A stretch of 48,486 nucleotides of DNA, from the NCBI GenBank assembly GCA_030623035.1, contig JAUXFK010000001.1:1-48486 (forward strand). Reading direction: 5' to 3'. Under the pieces are notes generated by a model. That model worked only from the letters and a program-made list of their open reading frames with translations. It did not search any database and was not told the origin of the DNA. The translations under genes and the position numbers were made by a program. Within the stretch, counting starts at the first letter, position 1. Each line of letters opens with the position of its first letter. Positions 18,079 through 26,950 of the stretch are shown one piece after another. Source of the DNA: Deltaproteobacteria bacterium (lineage in GTDB: Bacteria; Desulfobacterota; UBA8473).

Positions 18079-18738
18079 ATGGTGCTTTATGACCGACCGA
18101 GTCCCAAATATCATGATCGACACGAAGCGGGGAAAGTGCTCGCATCAGAGCTTTTGGAATACAAAGACAAAAATGTTATTGTACTAGCAGTTCCCAATGG
18201 AGGAGTACCTGTTGCATGTGTTATAGCAAAAGAACTTCACGCTGATTTATACTTGATGATTGTAAGAAAATTGCAGATACCCTCCAATACTGAAGCCGGT
18301 TTTGGTGCTTTGACTTCCGACGGATTTCTTCTGCTCAATCACAGATTGATCGATAGCTTAAGGCTTAGTGAAGATGATATCGTGAAACAAAAAGAGAAAG
18401 CTTCTGAGAGTATTCGATCGAGACAAAGATACTTTGGTAAGCAGGCAATTCTCCCGTGTTTAAAAAATCGCACCGTTATCTTGGTAGATGATGGTCTTGC
18501 GTCTGGATTTACCATGGAAGCAGCGGTGAAATCTATAAAGAGCAGAGGAGCCAAGGGTATTATTATTGCAGTACCGACTTCATCTATTTCGGCATTCCGA
18601 AGACTTAAGCCTCAGGTGGATAAGATTATCTGCCCTGATATAAGCCGTCTGCCTGTTTTTGCAGTAGCCAATGCATACAAGAACTGGTATGATCTAGATG
18701 AAGCAGAGGCTTTAAGCTTAATATCTGAAAATCTATAG
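18079..18738 (+). CDS. Phosphoribosyltransferase-family protein
   Basis: Lies in ORF 18061..18738; the ATG at 18079 follows GGAGGA. PRPP-binding loop VILVDDGLASGFT. Confidence 0.8.
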   Translation: MVLYDRPSPKYHDRHEAGKVLASELLEYKDKNVIVLAVPNGGVPVACVIAKELHADLYLMIVRKLQIPSNTEAGFGALTSDGFLLLNHRLIDSLRLSEDDIVKQKEKASESIRSRQRYFGKQAILPCLKNRTVILVDDGLASGFTMEAAVKSIKSRGAKGIIIAVPTSSISAFRRLKPQVDKIICPDISRLPVFAVANAYKNWYDLDEAEALSLISENL

Positions 18739-18879
18739 AAACTATCTTTACGTTACTCTATTTGCAATATAGCCCTTTAATTTGCACATTTGATTTGAGA
18801 CACAGGTTGAACAGCTTCTTGGGTGGGTTTTACAGCCTGCAAAAAGAGCGTATGAACCCGCAACTTTGGCACCCTTTAC

Positions 18880-20067
18880 TTACTGGATCACTTTCTTATC
18901 TCTCATCTCTGCAATGCGATCCATTGAATAACCCAGGTCAGTGAGAACTTCTTCAGTGTGTTGACCCAGAAGAGGGGCCAGGCTTCTGATCTCCCCAGGA
19001 GTTTCTGAAAGCTTTACAGAGATACCCACCTGCTTCACCTTCCCTACGGTGGGAGAGTCAATATCCACCACCATCCTGCGATGGAGAACCTGAGGGTCTG
19101 CTAGTACCTCGTCAAGAGTATTCACAGGGGCAACACACACATCCGTTTGTTCCAGGATTTCCAACCATTCATCTCTCGTCCTGGTGCGGAAAATGTCACT
19201 GAATGCGGAGAATATTTCATCCTTTTTCTCCTCATTTCGTTGATACGCGATCAAGTCTTCTCTCCCCAGTATCTTGCACAGGTTTTCCCAGAATCTGGGT
19301 TCCAGGCAGGCAACACTGATATACTTTCCGTCCTGTGACTCGTATACATTATAATCAGGGGCTGCGCCTGTCAATAACGTTTCTCCCCTCTTCGGAAGAA
19401 CTCCGCTTGATAAATACATGGAAAATTCACGGCTCATCATGGAGAGAACACCATCGGCCATGGCAATATCAACGAACTGTCCTTTCCCGGTTCTTTCCCG
19501 TGCCATAAGCGCTGCCAGAATACCAAGAGCAGCATGCATGCCGCCCCCAGCATAGTCAGCCATCAAATTGCCGGGTATGGTAGGGGAACCGTCTCTCCGG
19601 CCAATGAGGCTCAATATACCAGGGATGGATACGTAATTGAGGTCGTGTCCGGGCATGTCTCGATACGGGCCGTCTTGCCCGTAGCCGGTAAGGGAGCAAT
19701 ACACAATCTTCGGGTTTCTTTCTTTAACTGTGTCATAGTTAACGCCAAGGCGTTTTACCACACCGGGTCTGAACCCTTCCAGAACGACGTCCGCTCTTTG
19801 TGCCAGTTTTAAAAAGATCTCTTTCGCCTCCGCTGATTTCAGATTGAGCACAATGCTCCTCTTATTTCGATTCAGAGCATTGTATGCGGCCTCCCTCTCG
19901 GCCCCTTCCCCTATTGGAGAAAGACCGGAGCCCAAAAGACCCGGTTTGTGCGGCTGTTCAACCTTGAGCACATCCGCCCCAAGATCCCCCAATAACATGG
20001 CACAATACGCTCCAGGAGCAACCCTGGATAAATCCAATACCATTATACCCTCTAATGGCGGCGCCAT
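18880..20067 (-). CDS. Family III CoA-transferase (CaiB/BaiF type)
   Basis: 395 aa. GIMVLDLS...PGAYC, VVLEGFRPG. AGGAGG RBS. Confidence 0.88.
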   Translation of the reverse strand: MAPPLEGIMVLDLSRVAPGAYCAMLLGDLGADVLKVEQPHKPGLLGSGLSPIGEGAEREAAYNALNRNKRSIVLNLKSAEAKEIFLKLAQRADVVLEGFRPGVVKRLGVNYDTVKERNPKIVYCSLTGYGQDGPYRDMPGHDLNYVSIPGILSLIGRRDGSPTIPGNLMADYAGGGMHAALGILAALMARERTGKGQFVDIAMADGVLSMMSREFSMYLSSGVLPKRGETLLTGAAPDYNVYESQDGKYISVACLEPRFWENLCKILGREDLIAYQRNEEKKDEIFSAFSDIFRTRTRDEWLEILEQTDVCVAPVNTLDEVLADPQVLHRRMVVDIDSPTVGKVKQVGISVKLSETPGEIRSLAPLLGQHTEEVLTDLGYSMDRIAEMRDKKVIQ

Positions 20068-20208
20068 ATGTCCTCCTGTATTCTATTCAGTCGATGATAG
20101 ATATATTGGAATTGACCCCCCCCCTCCCCTATAGGTTCACCTTTAAAACGGGGAACCTGAAAGTTAACTGCGGGGTTCAAGTGATTCTCTGGTTCTGGTT
20201 AGTAGTTT

Positions 20209-20255
20209 ATCTTATTATTTTTATGGTTGACTGTCAAGGCTAAAATGAATAGAAT
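20209..20255. promoter_or_regulatory. Putative divergent promoter pair sharing overlapping -35 boxes
   Basis: Palindrome TTGACtGTCAA. Minus strand: TTGACA, 17 nt, TAAGAT, reading toward the CoA-transferase. Plus strand: TTGACT, 17 nt, TAGAAT. Confidence 0.4.
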
Positions 20256-20750
20256 ACCATAAATGTTATATGGGTATCATTCAATATTTTGTATTCCTAG
20301 GATTTCAGGACATTTTACATTTTACAATGCAGCAGTTGCCGGTCGACATTAAACAGGGTTATCATCTGTTCAGATAAAGCTTGTTTTTATCGTTTTCAAA
20401 GCCTCTTTCAACCTGAGGTCGTATTTCCTGCTATAACCTTTGGGAAACCTTTGTATGAAGAGGAATAATTCCAAAGTGGTGTTCATCAGTTGAAGGGCTG
20501 ACGTAAAATTCTTGATAGCAGTTTCCATACAACCTGCAAGAGATGCAAGCTGAATTGTCAATATGGGTAGTATAACAGTGCATTTCAGTCTCTGAATTGT
20601 AGCCATCCCGTGATAGGGGGATACCTTAGGGACATTCAGGACGGCCATAAGCTATGAATTGGGTTCATGGGCTGCTACCCAAATCCCAATAGTTTCCCCA
20701 TTCCAAAACCTGTGAAGTTTAGCGAAAAGGACTTTTTTATTTATTTCTCC

Positions 20751-20779
20751 TTGAAAGTGTTAAATTTTTTGGATAAAAT
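20751..20779 (+). promoter_or_regulatory. Putative sigma70-type promoter upstream of the methyltransferase
   Basis: TTGAAA, 17 nt, TAAAAT. Confidence 0.35.
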
Positions 20780-21023
20780 ACTGCTACCGGCAGGAACGTA
20801 GTCTTTTTTTAAAACCATTCCGTCCTGCACTGATACGAATGAATTATTATGAAGCCGAATCAAGTGTTAGCAAAAGAAACAGTTATAGACAGGTTTATCC
20901 ACCATTGGCTGCATGATCAGTCAAGCAGTTGTATCTGGGGGCTTATGAGTATGGATGCACCCCTGTCTTATGAAATTATAGAAAAGACTGTAGAACTGCT
21001 GATAAAGAATAGAGAAGATTGAT

Positions 21024-22034
21024 ATGGAAAGACAAGAGTTACATCCGGGCCAACTTCTTGAAATATCCGGTAATTATTGGAGAGCCTGTACCCTCCATGC
21101 AGGTGTAAAGCTTGATGTATTTACGATTTTTGGCATCAAGAAGCTTACGAGCGATGAGGTATCTCAAAAACTGAATGGAGAAAAAAGAGGGGTAACAGCG
21201 CTTCTCAATGCATTGACTGCTATGGATATTCTGATAAAGGAAGGTGACAGGTATTCCAATACGAAATCCAGCGCATCTTTTCTATCAAAAGACTCTCCCC
21301 AATACATTGGTAACATGATCATGCACCATAACCATCTGATAGATTTATGGCAAAAGCTGGATCAGTCTGTTAAGACAGGTGAGCCTATATTAAAGGGAGG
21401 ATCTCATATTACAGATGAATGGCGGGAAAGCTTCCTTATGGGAATGTTCAATATGGCGATGATGCTGGCCCCAATGATTGTAAATAAGATTGATCTTTCC
21501 ATAAAAAGGCGTCTGCTCGATCTGGGCGGAGGGCCTGGAACCTATGCGATCCATTTTTGTTTAAAAAATCCCCAGCTCAAAGCCACAGTATATGACCTCC
21601 TTACAACCAGTCCTTTTGCAAATAAGATAATCGAAAGATTCGGTTTGACAGATCGGATAGATTTTATTGCCGGAAACTATATTGAAGAGGACATTAAAGG
21701 GGTCTATGATGTAATCTGGCTTTCTCACATTCTTCATGGAGAAGGCCCGGATGAATGTTTAGAGATTATCCGGAAAGCAGTCGCAGTCCTTGAGCCAGGT
21801 GGTATGATAATGATTCACGATTTCCTTTTAAAAAACACAATGGACGGTCCTCTGTTTCCTGCATTGTTCTCCCTCAACATGCTTTTGGCTACACCTAACG
21901 GCCGGTCCTATTCTGAAGAGCAGATTATAGATATGCTGGATAGAGCCGGCGTTAAGGAGATTAAACGCATTCCCTTGGAGATGCCGAATGATTCAGGGGT
22001 TATTACCGGGGTGGTGAACGGATCGGTGAAATAA
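21024..22034 (+). CDS. SAM-dependent O-methyltransferase (family 2-like, with N-terminal dimerisation/winged-helix region)
   Basis: 336 aa with SAM motif I LLDLGGGPGTYA and acidic motif II VYDL. Confidence 0.8.
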   Translation: MERQELHPGQLLEISGNYWRACTLHAGVKLDVFTIFGIKKLTSDEVSQKLNGEKRGVTALLNALTAMDILIKEGDRYSNTKSSASFLSKDSPQYIGNMIMHHNHLIDLWQKLDQSVKTGEPILKGGSHITDEWRESFLMGMFNMAMMLAPMIVNKIDLSIKRRLLDLGGGPGTYAIHFCLKNPQLKATVYDLLTTSPFANKIIERFGLTDRIDFIAGNYIEEDIKGVYDVIWLSHILHGEGPDECLEIIRKAVAVLEPGGMIMIHDFLLKNTMDGPLFPALFSLNMLLATPNGRSYSEEQIIDMLDRAGVKEIKRIPLEMPNDSGVITGVVNGSVK

Positions 22035-22069
22035 AAAAGGCAATAAAGAACGGATACAAGAGGTATTGT

Positions 22070-22624
22070 ATGTCAGCAAAGGTGAATACAAGAGTTACTG
22101 CATATCAGGGCAGGGTATTTCAATTGGTAACAGAGAACATTACTCTGGCCAATGGTATATCCTTGGATATGGATGTCATACGCCATCCCGGTGCAGCCGC
22201 AATTATCCCGTTTATAAGAAGCGATACTGTGCTTTTAATCAAACAATACCGCCATGCAGTAGGGGGTTATATCTGGGAGATCCCCGCCGGAACCCTCGAT
22301 ATGGGGGAAACCGCCATTGCATGTGCAAAGAGAGAGCTGATAGAAGAGACTGGTTATGCAGGCGATGAATGGCAAAAATTAGGAGAGATTACACCTGTTC
22401 CAGGTTATTCAGACGAACGCATCTATGTCTTTCTCAGTACCAGCCTTATACATGCAGGGCAGAAACTGGATAAGGATGAGATGCTCGATGTCCATGAGGT
22501 CAAGTTTAACGATGCAATAAAGATGATCTATCAGGGAGAGATTCAGGACGGCAAAACTATCTGTGGCCTCTTTTTGGCGATGCACTGGTTGAAACAGAGA
22601 GGAGGTTCAATAGATTTACCATGA
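22070..22624 (+). CDS. NUDIX hydrolase (ADP-ribose pyrophosphatase-like)
   Basis: Nudix box GTLDMGETAIACAKRELIEETGY. Confidence 0.85.
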   Translation: MSAKVNTRVTAYQGRVFQLVTENITLANGISLDMDVIRHPGAAAIIPFIRSDTVLLIKQYRHAVGGYIWEIPAGTLDMGETAIACAKRELIEETGYAGDEWQKLGEITPVPGYSDERIYVFLSTSLIHAGQKLDKDEMLDVHEVKFNDAIKMIYQGEIQDGKTICGLFLAMHWLKQRGGSIDLP

Positions 22625-23064
22625 GACATTCTCAGGCAAAAGCAGGGCGTACTTTTGTCCTACGCCTTGAAGACGGAGATATTGTTCACGAAGAGATTGA
22701 ACGGTTTGCAAGAGAACAGTCCATACAAGCCGCAGCACTCATTATTGTCGGTGGAGCCGATGAAGGGAGCAAATTGGTGGTGGGCCCTGAGAAAGGAAGG
22801 GCCAGGACTGTTATACCAATTGAGCATACCCTGAATCATGTCCACGAGATAGCAGGTACAGGAACAATATTCCCGGATGATGAGGGAAATCCGGTTTTAC
22901 ATATGCATATTGCCTGTGGCAGAGACGTATCCACTATAACCGGATGCGTCCGTACCGGCGTAAAAGTATGGTATATAATGGAGGTTGTTCTCTTTGAATT
23001 GACCCAGAGTACGGCGATAAGGAAGGTTGATCCAAATACAGGGTTCAAACTGCTCAATCCATAA
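22621..23064 (+). CDS. PPC (DUF296) domain protein
   Basis: 147 aa. ATGA overlap with the upstream Nudix gene. The pattern FVLRLEDGDIVHEEIERFA...HMHI is typical of PPC/DUF296. Confidence 0.6.
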   Translation: MRHSQAKAGRTFVLRLEDGDIVHEEIERFAREQSIQAAALIIVGGADEGSKLVVGPEKGRARTVIPIEHTLNHVHEIAGTGTIFPDDEGNPVLHMHIACGRDVSTITGCVRTGVKVWYIMEVVLFELTQSTAIRKVDPNTGFKLLNP

Positions 23065-23135
23065 GGGATAAAGGGATGCCCCTGTACCCCCTCTTGATGG
23101 GAATTGACGGTTTATTTAAATCTGAGGAATAAAGG

Positions 23136-24638
23136 ATGTTGAATATGAAGAGAGGAATGCGAATCTGTTTAATTTTTGTCATTATTTTTTGTCTGCCTCT
23201 ATCCGGCAAATTATATGCTGCTGCTTATCTTTATATATCAAACAGCGGTGAGGATACTCTAACCGTAATAAGCAATCTTGAAAACGAGGTGATTGATACG
23301 GTTGAGGTCGGTAGGGGGCCGATGGGGTTGGCAGTTACCCCTGAGGGAGATTATGTATATGTGGCGAATAGTATGGATGGAACCGTATCCGTAATTCGCA
23401 CAACGGACAACTCTGTCATTGAAACAGTCGAAGTCGGTGCTTCTCCAATGGGGGTAGTTATCTCCCCAGAGGGAGATTATGTATATGTGGCGAATAGCGC
23501 AGATGGAACCGTATCCGTAATCCGCACAACGGACAACTCTGTCACTGAGACTGTTGAAGTCGGCAATGGCCCATGGGATGTGGCCGTCACTTCTGGTGGC
23601 ATTTATGTATTTGTGACAAATAAAACGGATGGCACAGTGTCTATGATCCGCATTGAAGATAATACCATTGTCAATACGATTGAAGTAGGGAGCAATCCAC
23701 TTGGAATCACAGTCGGTCTGGATGGCGATTATATTTATGTGGCGAATAACTCAGATAATACAGTTTCACTAATCAGTACGACTTACTATACTGTCATAGA
23801 GACGATAGCTGTTGGCAACGGCCCATGGGGGGTGGCTGCAACAAATGACAAAGAATATATTTATGTAGTAAACAACGAGGATAACACAGTGTCGAAGATA
23901 AGGATTTTCGATTATTCTACGACTCTTTTTGCGGTAGGTAACGCACCGGTAGGTCTTGGCAGTTTTTTAGGCGGTCGGTCACCAGAACCCCCCAGTGACC
24001 TTGAGGCAACGGAAAAATCCTATAAAAGGATAGACCTTTCCTGGACTGACAACTCTTCTGATGAATTTGGGTTCAAAATCGAAAGAAAAGCAGGATCAAA
24101 TGGGGAATACATTCGGATAGCGGCTTTAGATGAGAATGTCACCACATATTCTGACACAGGACTCAGTTATTATAGGACCTATTATTATCGTATAACCTCA
24201 TACAATGACGTAGCCGATTCAGATTATACAAACGAAGCATACGCAACTACCGAAGATTACGAGACAGAGTGTTTTTTCGTCACAGTGGCTTACGGTTCAC
24301 CTTTTAACAGACATATCCGAATAATTCGTGGTTTCCGTGACAGGTACTTGATGTCAAACGCACTGGGAAAGGCCTTCGTTGATATCTATTATGCCTTAAG
24401 CCCAAAGGCAGCCCACTTCATCAGCAGGCATGATTCAATGCGTACCTCGCTTCAGTTCGCCCTTATCCCCTTAGTTTGGCTTTGTTGGCTGTCTCTAAAT
24501 ATAAACCAGACATCCACTATTGCATTTATCTTATTGTTGCTTGTACTGTCTTATGCTGCTTTTTTAAAGAATTTGTATCATTTTAAAACTATCAGCAAGC
24601 TTCAACGACGGTCAAATTTTAATGCGTGTAATGTTTGA
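23136..24638 (+). CDS. Secreted YVTN-type beta-propeller repeat protein with Fn3 domain and a C-terminal CF..AYGSP / transmembrane anchor domain
   Basis: Signal peptide MKRGMRICLIFVIIFCLPLSG. About 6 repeats of ~42 aa (YVYVANSxDGTVSVI...VEVG). Fn3-like segment (PSDLEATEK...YYYRITSYN). C-terminal ECFFVTVAYGSP...FRDRYL...YYALSP plus a hydrophobic helix. Confidence 0.8.
   Translation: MLNMKRGMRICLIFVIIFCLPLSGKLYAAAYLYISNSGEDTLTVISNLENEVIDTVEVGRGPMGLAVTPEGDYVYVANSMDGTVSVIRTTDNSVIETVEVGASPMGVVISPEGDYVYVANSADGTVSVIRTTDNSVTETVEVGNGPWDVAVTSGGIYVFVTNKTDGTVSMIRIEDNTIVNTIEVGSNPLGITVGLDGDYIYVANNSDNTVSLISTTYYTVIETIAVGNGPWGVAATNDKEYIYVVNNEDNTVSKIRIFDYSTTLFAVGNAPVGLGSFLGGRSPEPPSDLEATEKSYKRIDLSWTDNSSDEFGFKIERKAGSNGEYIRIAALDENVTTYSDTGLSYYRTYYYRITSYNDVADSDYTNEAYATTEDYETECFFVTVAYGSPFNRHIRIIRGFRDRYLMSNALGKAFVDIYYALSPKAAHFISRHDSMRTSLQFALIPLVWLCWLSLNINQTSTIAFILLLLVLSYAAFLKNLYHFKTISKLQRRSNFNACNV
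23343..23594 (+). repeat. Near-identical tandem duplication, 2 x 126 bp, inside the propeller CDS
   Basis: GAGGGAGATTATGTATATGTGGCGAATAG...ACAACGGACAACTCTGTCA recurs with a 126-nt period (42 aa, one blade) and only a few substitutions. Confidence 0.85.
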
Positions 24639-24690
24639 GCGTCTAACTGAGCGTTAAGAAAGAAGAGGGGGGAAAAGACCCATTTATGGA
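24575..24690 (-). mobile_element. Truncated MITE type B fragment (GTATCATTTTA end plus internal ~80 bp)
   Basis: Begins GTATCATTTTA like the 25346 end of the full copy. 24591..24670 is ~94% identical to 25377..25456. No second terminus is present. Confidence 0.6.
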
Positions 24691-24717
24691 TGTAAACTTG
24701 TTAAATGGGAGGTGGCC

Positions 24718-25107
24718 ATGAAGAGAACAAGGAGGATTTTTACCCTTTTGCTTCTCGTTTTTGTCATGGATGGAGTGGGGATTGGTTTTGCTCAGCCCAT
24801 CATTCCAAGGGAGGCAATCCGGTCTCATACCCCAGCCGATGTGAAACAACAGATTGAGAGGTTGTATTCATCGTCTCCATTAGATCGGGCAGATGCTGCT
24901 AATTGTTTAGGCGAGATGGGTGAAAGAGCAGTCGCTGCGGCACCGTTTCTTTTGGGACTATTGGGTGATCGTGCCAATACAGTTGTATTACCTTCCGATT
25001 CCGAACAGCGGTTGGTCTGGGAGAGAACCTCACCGGGTAAAGAGGCAGAAAAAGCGCTGGCAAAGATTGGCAGATCATATTTCTGGCATATCCTATGGGA
25101 TTTTTAA
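24718..25107 (+). CDS. Small secreted HEAT-repeat (PBS-lyase HEAT-like) protein
   Basis: Signal peptide MKRTRRIFTLLLLVFVMDGVGIGFA. HEAT-like ADAANCLGEMGERAVAAAPFLLGLLGD ... AEKALAKIG. Confidence 0.55.
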   Translation: MKRTRRIFTLLLLVFVMDGVGIGFAQPIIPREAIRSHTPADVKQQIERLYSSSPLDRADAANCLGEMGERAVAAAPFLLGLLGDRANTVVLPSDSEQRLVWERTSPGKEAEKALAKIGRSYFWHILWDF

Positions 25108-25118
25108 GGAGAAAGGAG

Positions 25119-25331
25119 ATGGATTTGTATAAGAAACCTAAAAACATTGCGATCATAGTACTCGTTGTCTTATTGGCAATGATTCTCATTCAAAACACCC
25201 AAGTGATTACTTTAAAGTTTCTCTTTTGGGAAATAAGCATGTCAAAGATCGTTTTTATACCTTCAACATTGGCCATAGGAGCGATTATCGGATTCGTTGT
25301 TACAAAATTGTTCAGCAGAAAAAAGAGTTGA
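25119..25331 (+). CDS. LapA-domain (DUF1049-like) small inner-membrane protein
   Basis: Lies in ORF 25095..25331; the ATG at 25119 follows AAGGAGAAAGGAG. 70 aa with two transmembrane helices and a basic tail. Confidence 0.55.
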   Translation: MDLYKKPKNIAIIVLVVLLAMILIQNTQVITLKFLFWEISMSKIVFIPSTLAIGAIIGFVVTKLFSRKKS

Positions 25332-25345
25332 CACTTAAATTACCT

Positions 25346-25615
25346 GTATCATTTTAGCGTTATGAAATAGAAGGCTATCATCAAGCTTCAACGACGGTCA
25401 AATTTTAATGCGTGGATTGTCTGAGCGTCTAACTGAGCGTTAAGAAAGAACAGGGGATAAACCCACCTATTATATCTGGAATAGGTCATAATGGAGCTAC
25501 TGAATTGAATAGTTATATACTGTTCTTTCTTTACGCTTACTTGGATGCGAGTTTTACACGGATTAAAATTTGATTGCCGCTTTTTGCAACTCTTTTCAAA
25601 AAGCTAAACTGTTAC
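25346..25615 (-). mobile_element. MITE type B, long form (270 bp) with a perfect 8-bp TSD
   Basis: Termini are GTATCATTTTAGC... and ...GCTAAACTGTTAC (11/13 inverted match). AATTACCT is present at 25338..25345 and 25616..25623. Long imperfect internal palindrome (25384..25456 versus 25520..25590). Confidence 0.8.
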
Positions 25616-25651
25616 AATTACCTTAATTGAGACCCTTTTATTAGAATTCAA

Positions 25652-26950
25652 ATGAAAGAGCGCGCGATTAAACTGAAGTATGGTAAGAAAAATCTTTCTT
25701 TCCATATCCATTCTGAAAACCTATTGGGGGTTATTAAATCAGAAGAAGTTCCAATTCCGAAAGATACGGATAGACTTATTAAATCGGCATTGAACGCCCC
25801 TTTCAATGGTCCCCCTTTTGATTATTTTTTCCAAAAAGGAGAGAGGGTAACTGTAATTGTCTCCGATGTCACCCGTTACACAGCATCTCATATATTCCTT
25901 CCCATCCTCATTGATAGGTTGAATAATGCGGGTATAAACTATGACGATATCAGGGTCGTTGTTGCCCTGGGAATCCATCGGCAGCAGTCACCCAAGGAAC
26001 TCAGAATGATCGTTGGAGATGAAGTTTATAAAAAAGTCAGAGTATATAATCATAATGCGTTTGATTCAAAGCGTCTTACTTATTTAGGTAGAACCGATAG
26101 CGGTATAAAAGTTGAAATAAACACTCTGGTGGCTGATAGTGATAAAATCCTTTTGACCGGAAGTATAGGTTTTCATTATCTGGCCGGTTTTGGAGGGGGC
26201 AGGAAGAGCATATTGCCTGGCGTAGCTTCGTTTGATAGCTGTGTGGATGCACACCTTCTGGTTTTAAACCCGCCGAAACTCGGAGGAAGGCATCCGATGG
26301 CAACAACTGGTGTGTTAAACGGCAATCCGTTTCATGAGCTTATGATTGAGGCTTGTGAGATGTTATGCCCTAAGTTTCTCTTCAATACAATCCTTTCCTC
26401 AAATAGAGAGATTTTGAAAATTGTCTCAGGGGATTATGTATCAGCCCATTTGCAAGGGTGTGACTTTCTTTTAGATAATTTTAGCCCTGAACTTGAGGAA
26501 AAGGCCGATCTTATTATCGTAAGCAGCGGTGGCTTCCCCAAGGATATCAACTTTATTCAGGCCCATAAGAGCATCGATCATTCGATAAATGCCCTTAAAG
26601 AAAATGGTGTGATGATCGTTCTTGCAAGATGTCAAGAGGGCTTTGGCAATCCGACCTTCCTTGATTGGTTTCAATATGATGATTTAATGGATTTTGAAAG
26701 GGCATTAAGAAAAAACTTTGAAATCAACGGCCAGACAGCTTACTCTACTTTAATAAAGGCAAAGAGGGCAAGGATTATCATTGTCTCTGAACTGGATGAT
26801 GAGGATGTAAAGAGAATGTCCATGGTTCCGGCAGATACAATCGACCAGGCGCTATCTATAGCGTATGATATACTGGGAGATAAGCCTTCTACATATGTTA
26901 TCCCTGATGGAGGGTTTGTATTTCCAAGAGTAACCCCGAATAAAGGATAG
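25652..26950 (+). CDS. larA: LarA-family nickel-pincer-dependent 2-hydroxyacid racemase/epimerase (DUF2088)
   Basis: 432 aa. VSDVTR, ALGIHRQQ and GGGRKSILPG motifs are typical of lactate racemase homologues. Confidence 0.8.
   Translation: MKERAIKLKYGKKNLSFHIHSENLLGVIKSEEVPIPKDTDRLIKSALNAPFNGPPFDYFFQKGERVTVIVSDVTRYTASHIFLPILIDRLNNAGINYDDIRVVVALGIHRQQSPKELRMIVGDEVYKKVRVYNHNAFDSKRLTYLGRTDSGIKVEINTLVADSDKILLTGSIGFHYLAGFGGGRKSILPGVASFDSCVDAHLLVLNPPKLGGRHPMATTGVLNGNPFHELMIEACEMLCPKFLFNTILSSNREILKIVSGDYVSAHLQGCDFLLDNFSPELEEKADLIIVSSGGFPKDINFIQAHKSIDHSINALKENGVMIVLARCQEGFGNPTFLDWFQYDDLMDFERALRKNFEINGQTAYSTLIKAKRARIIIVSELDDEDVKRMSMVPADTIDQALSIAYDILGDKPSTYVIPDGGFVFPRVTPNKG

Noticed and set aside
20370-20648. 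92-aa minus-strand ORF as a transposase remnant
   Set aside because: There are no DDE/HTH or other recognisable motifs, no TIRs nearby, and no RBS. I kept it only as a note inside the gene-poor-region finding.
24591-25456. HEAT/LapA genes as cargo of a composite transposon bounded by the 80-bp repeats
   Set aside because: The downstream repeat is an internal part of a complete 270-bp MITE that has its own TSD. The upstream repeat belongs to a truncated copy. The outer flanks (AAGAATTT versus AATTACCT) do not form a TSD.
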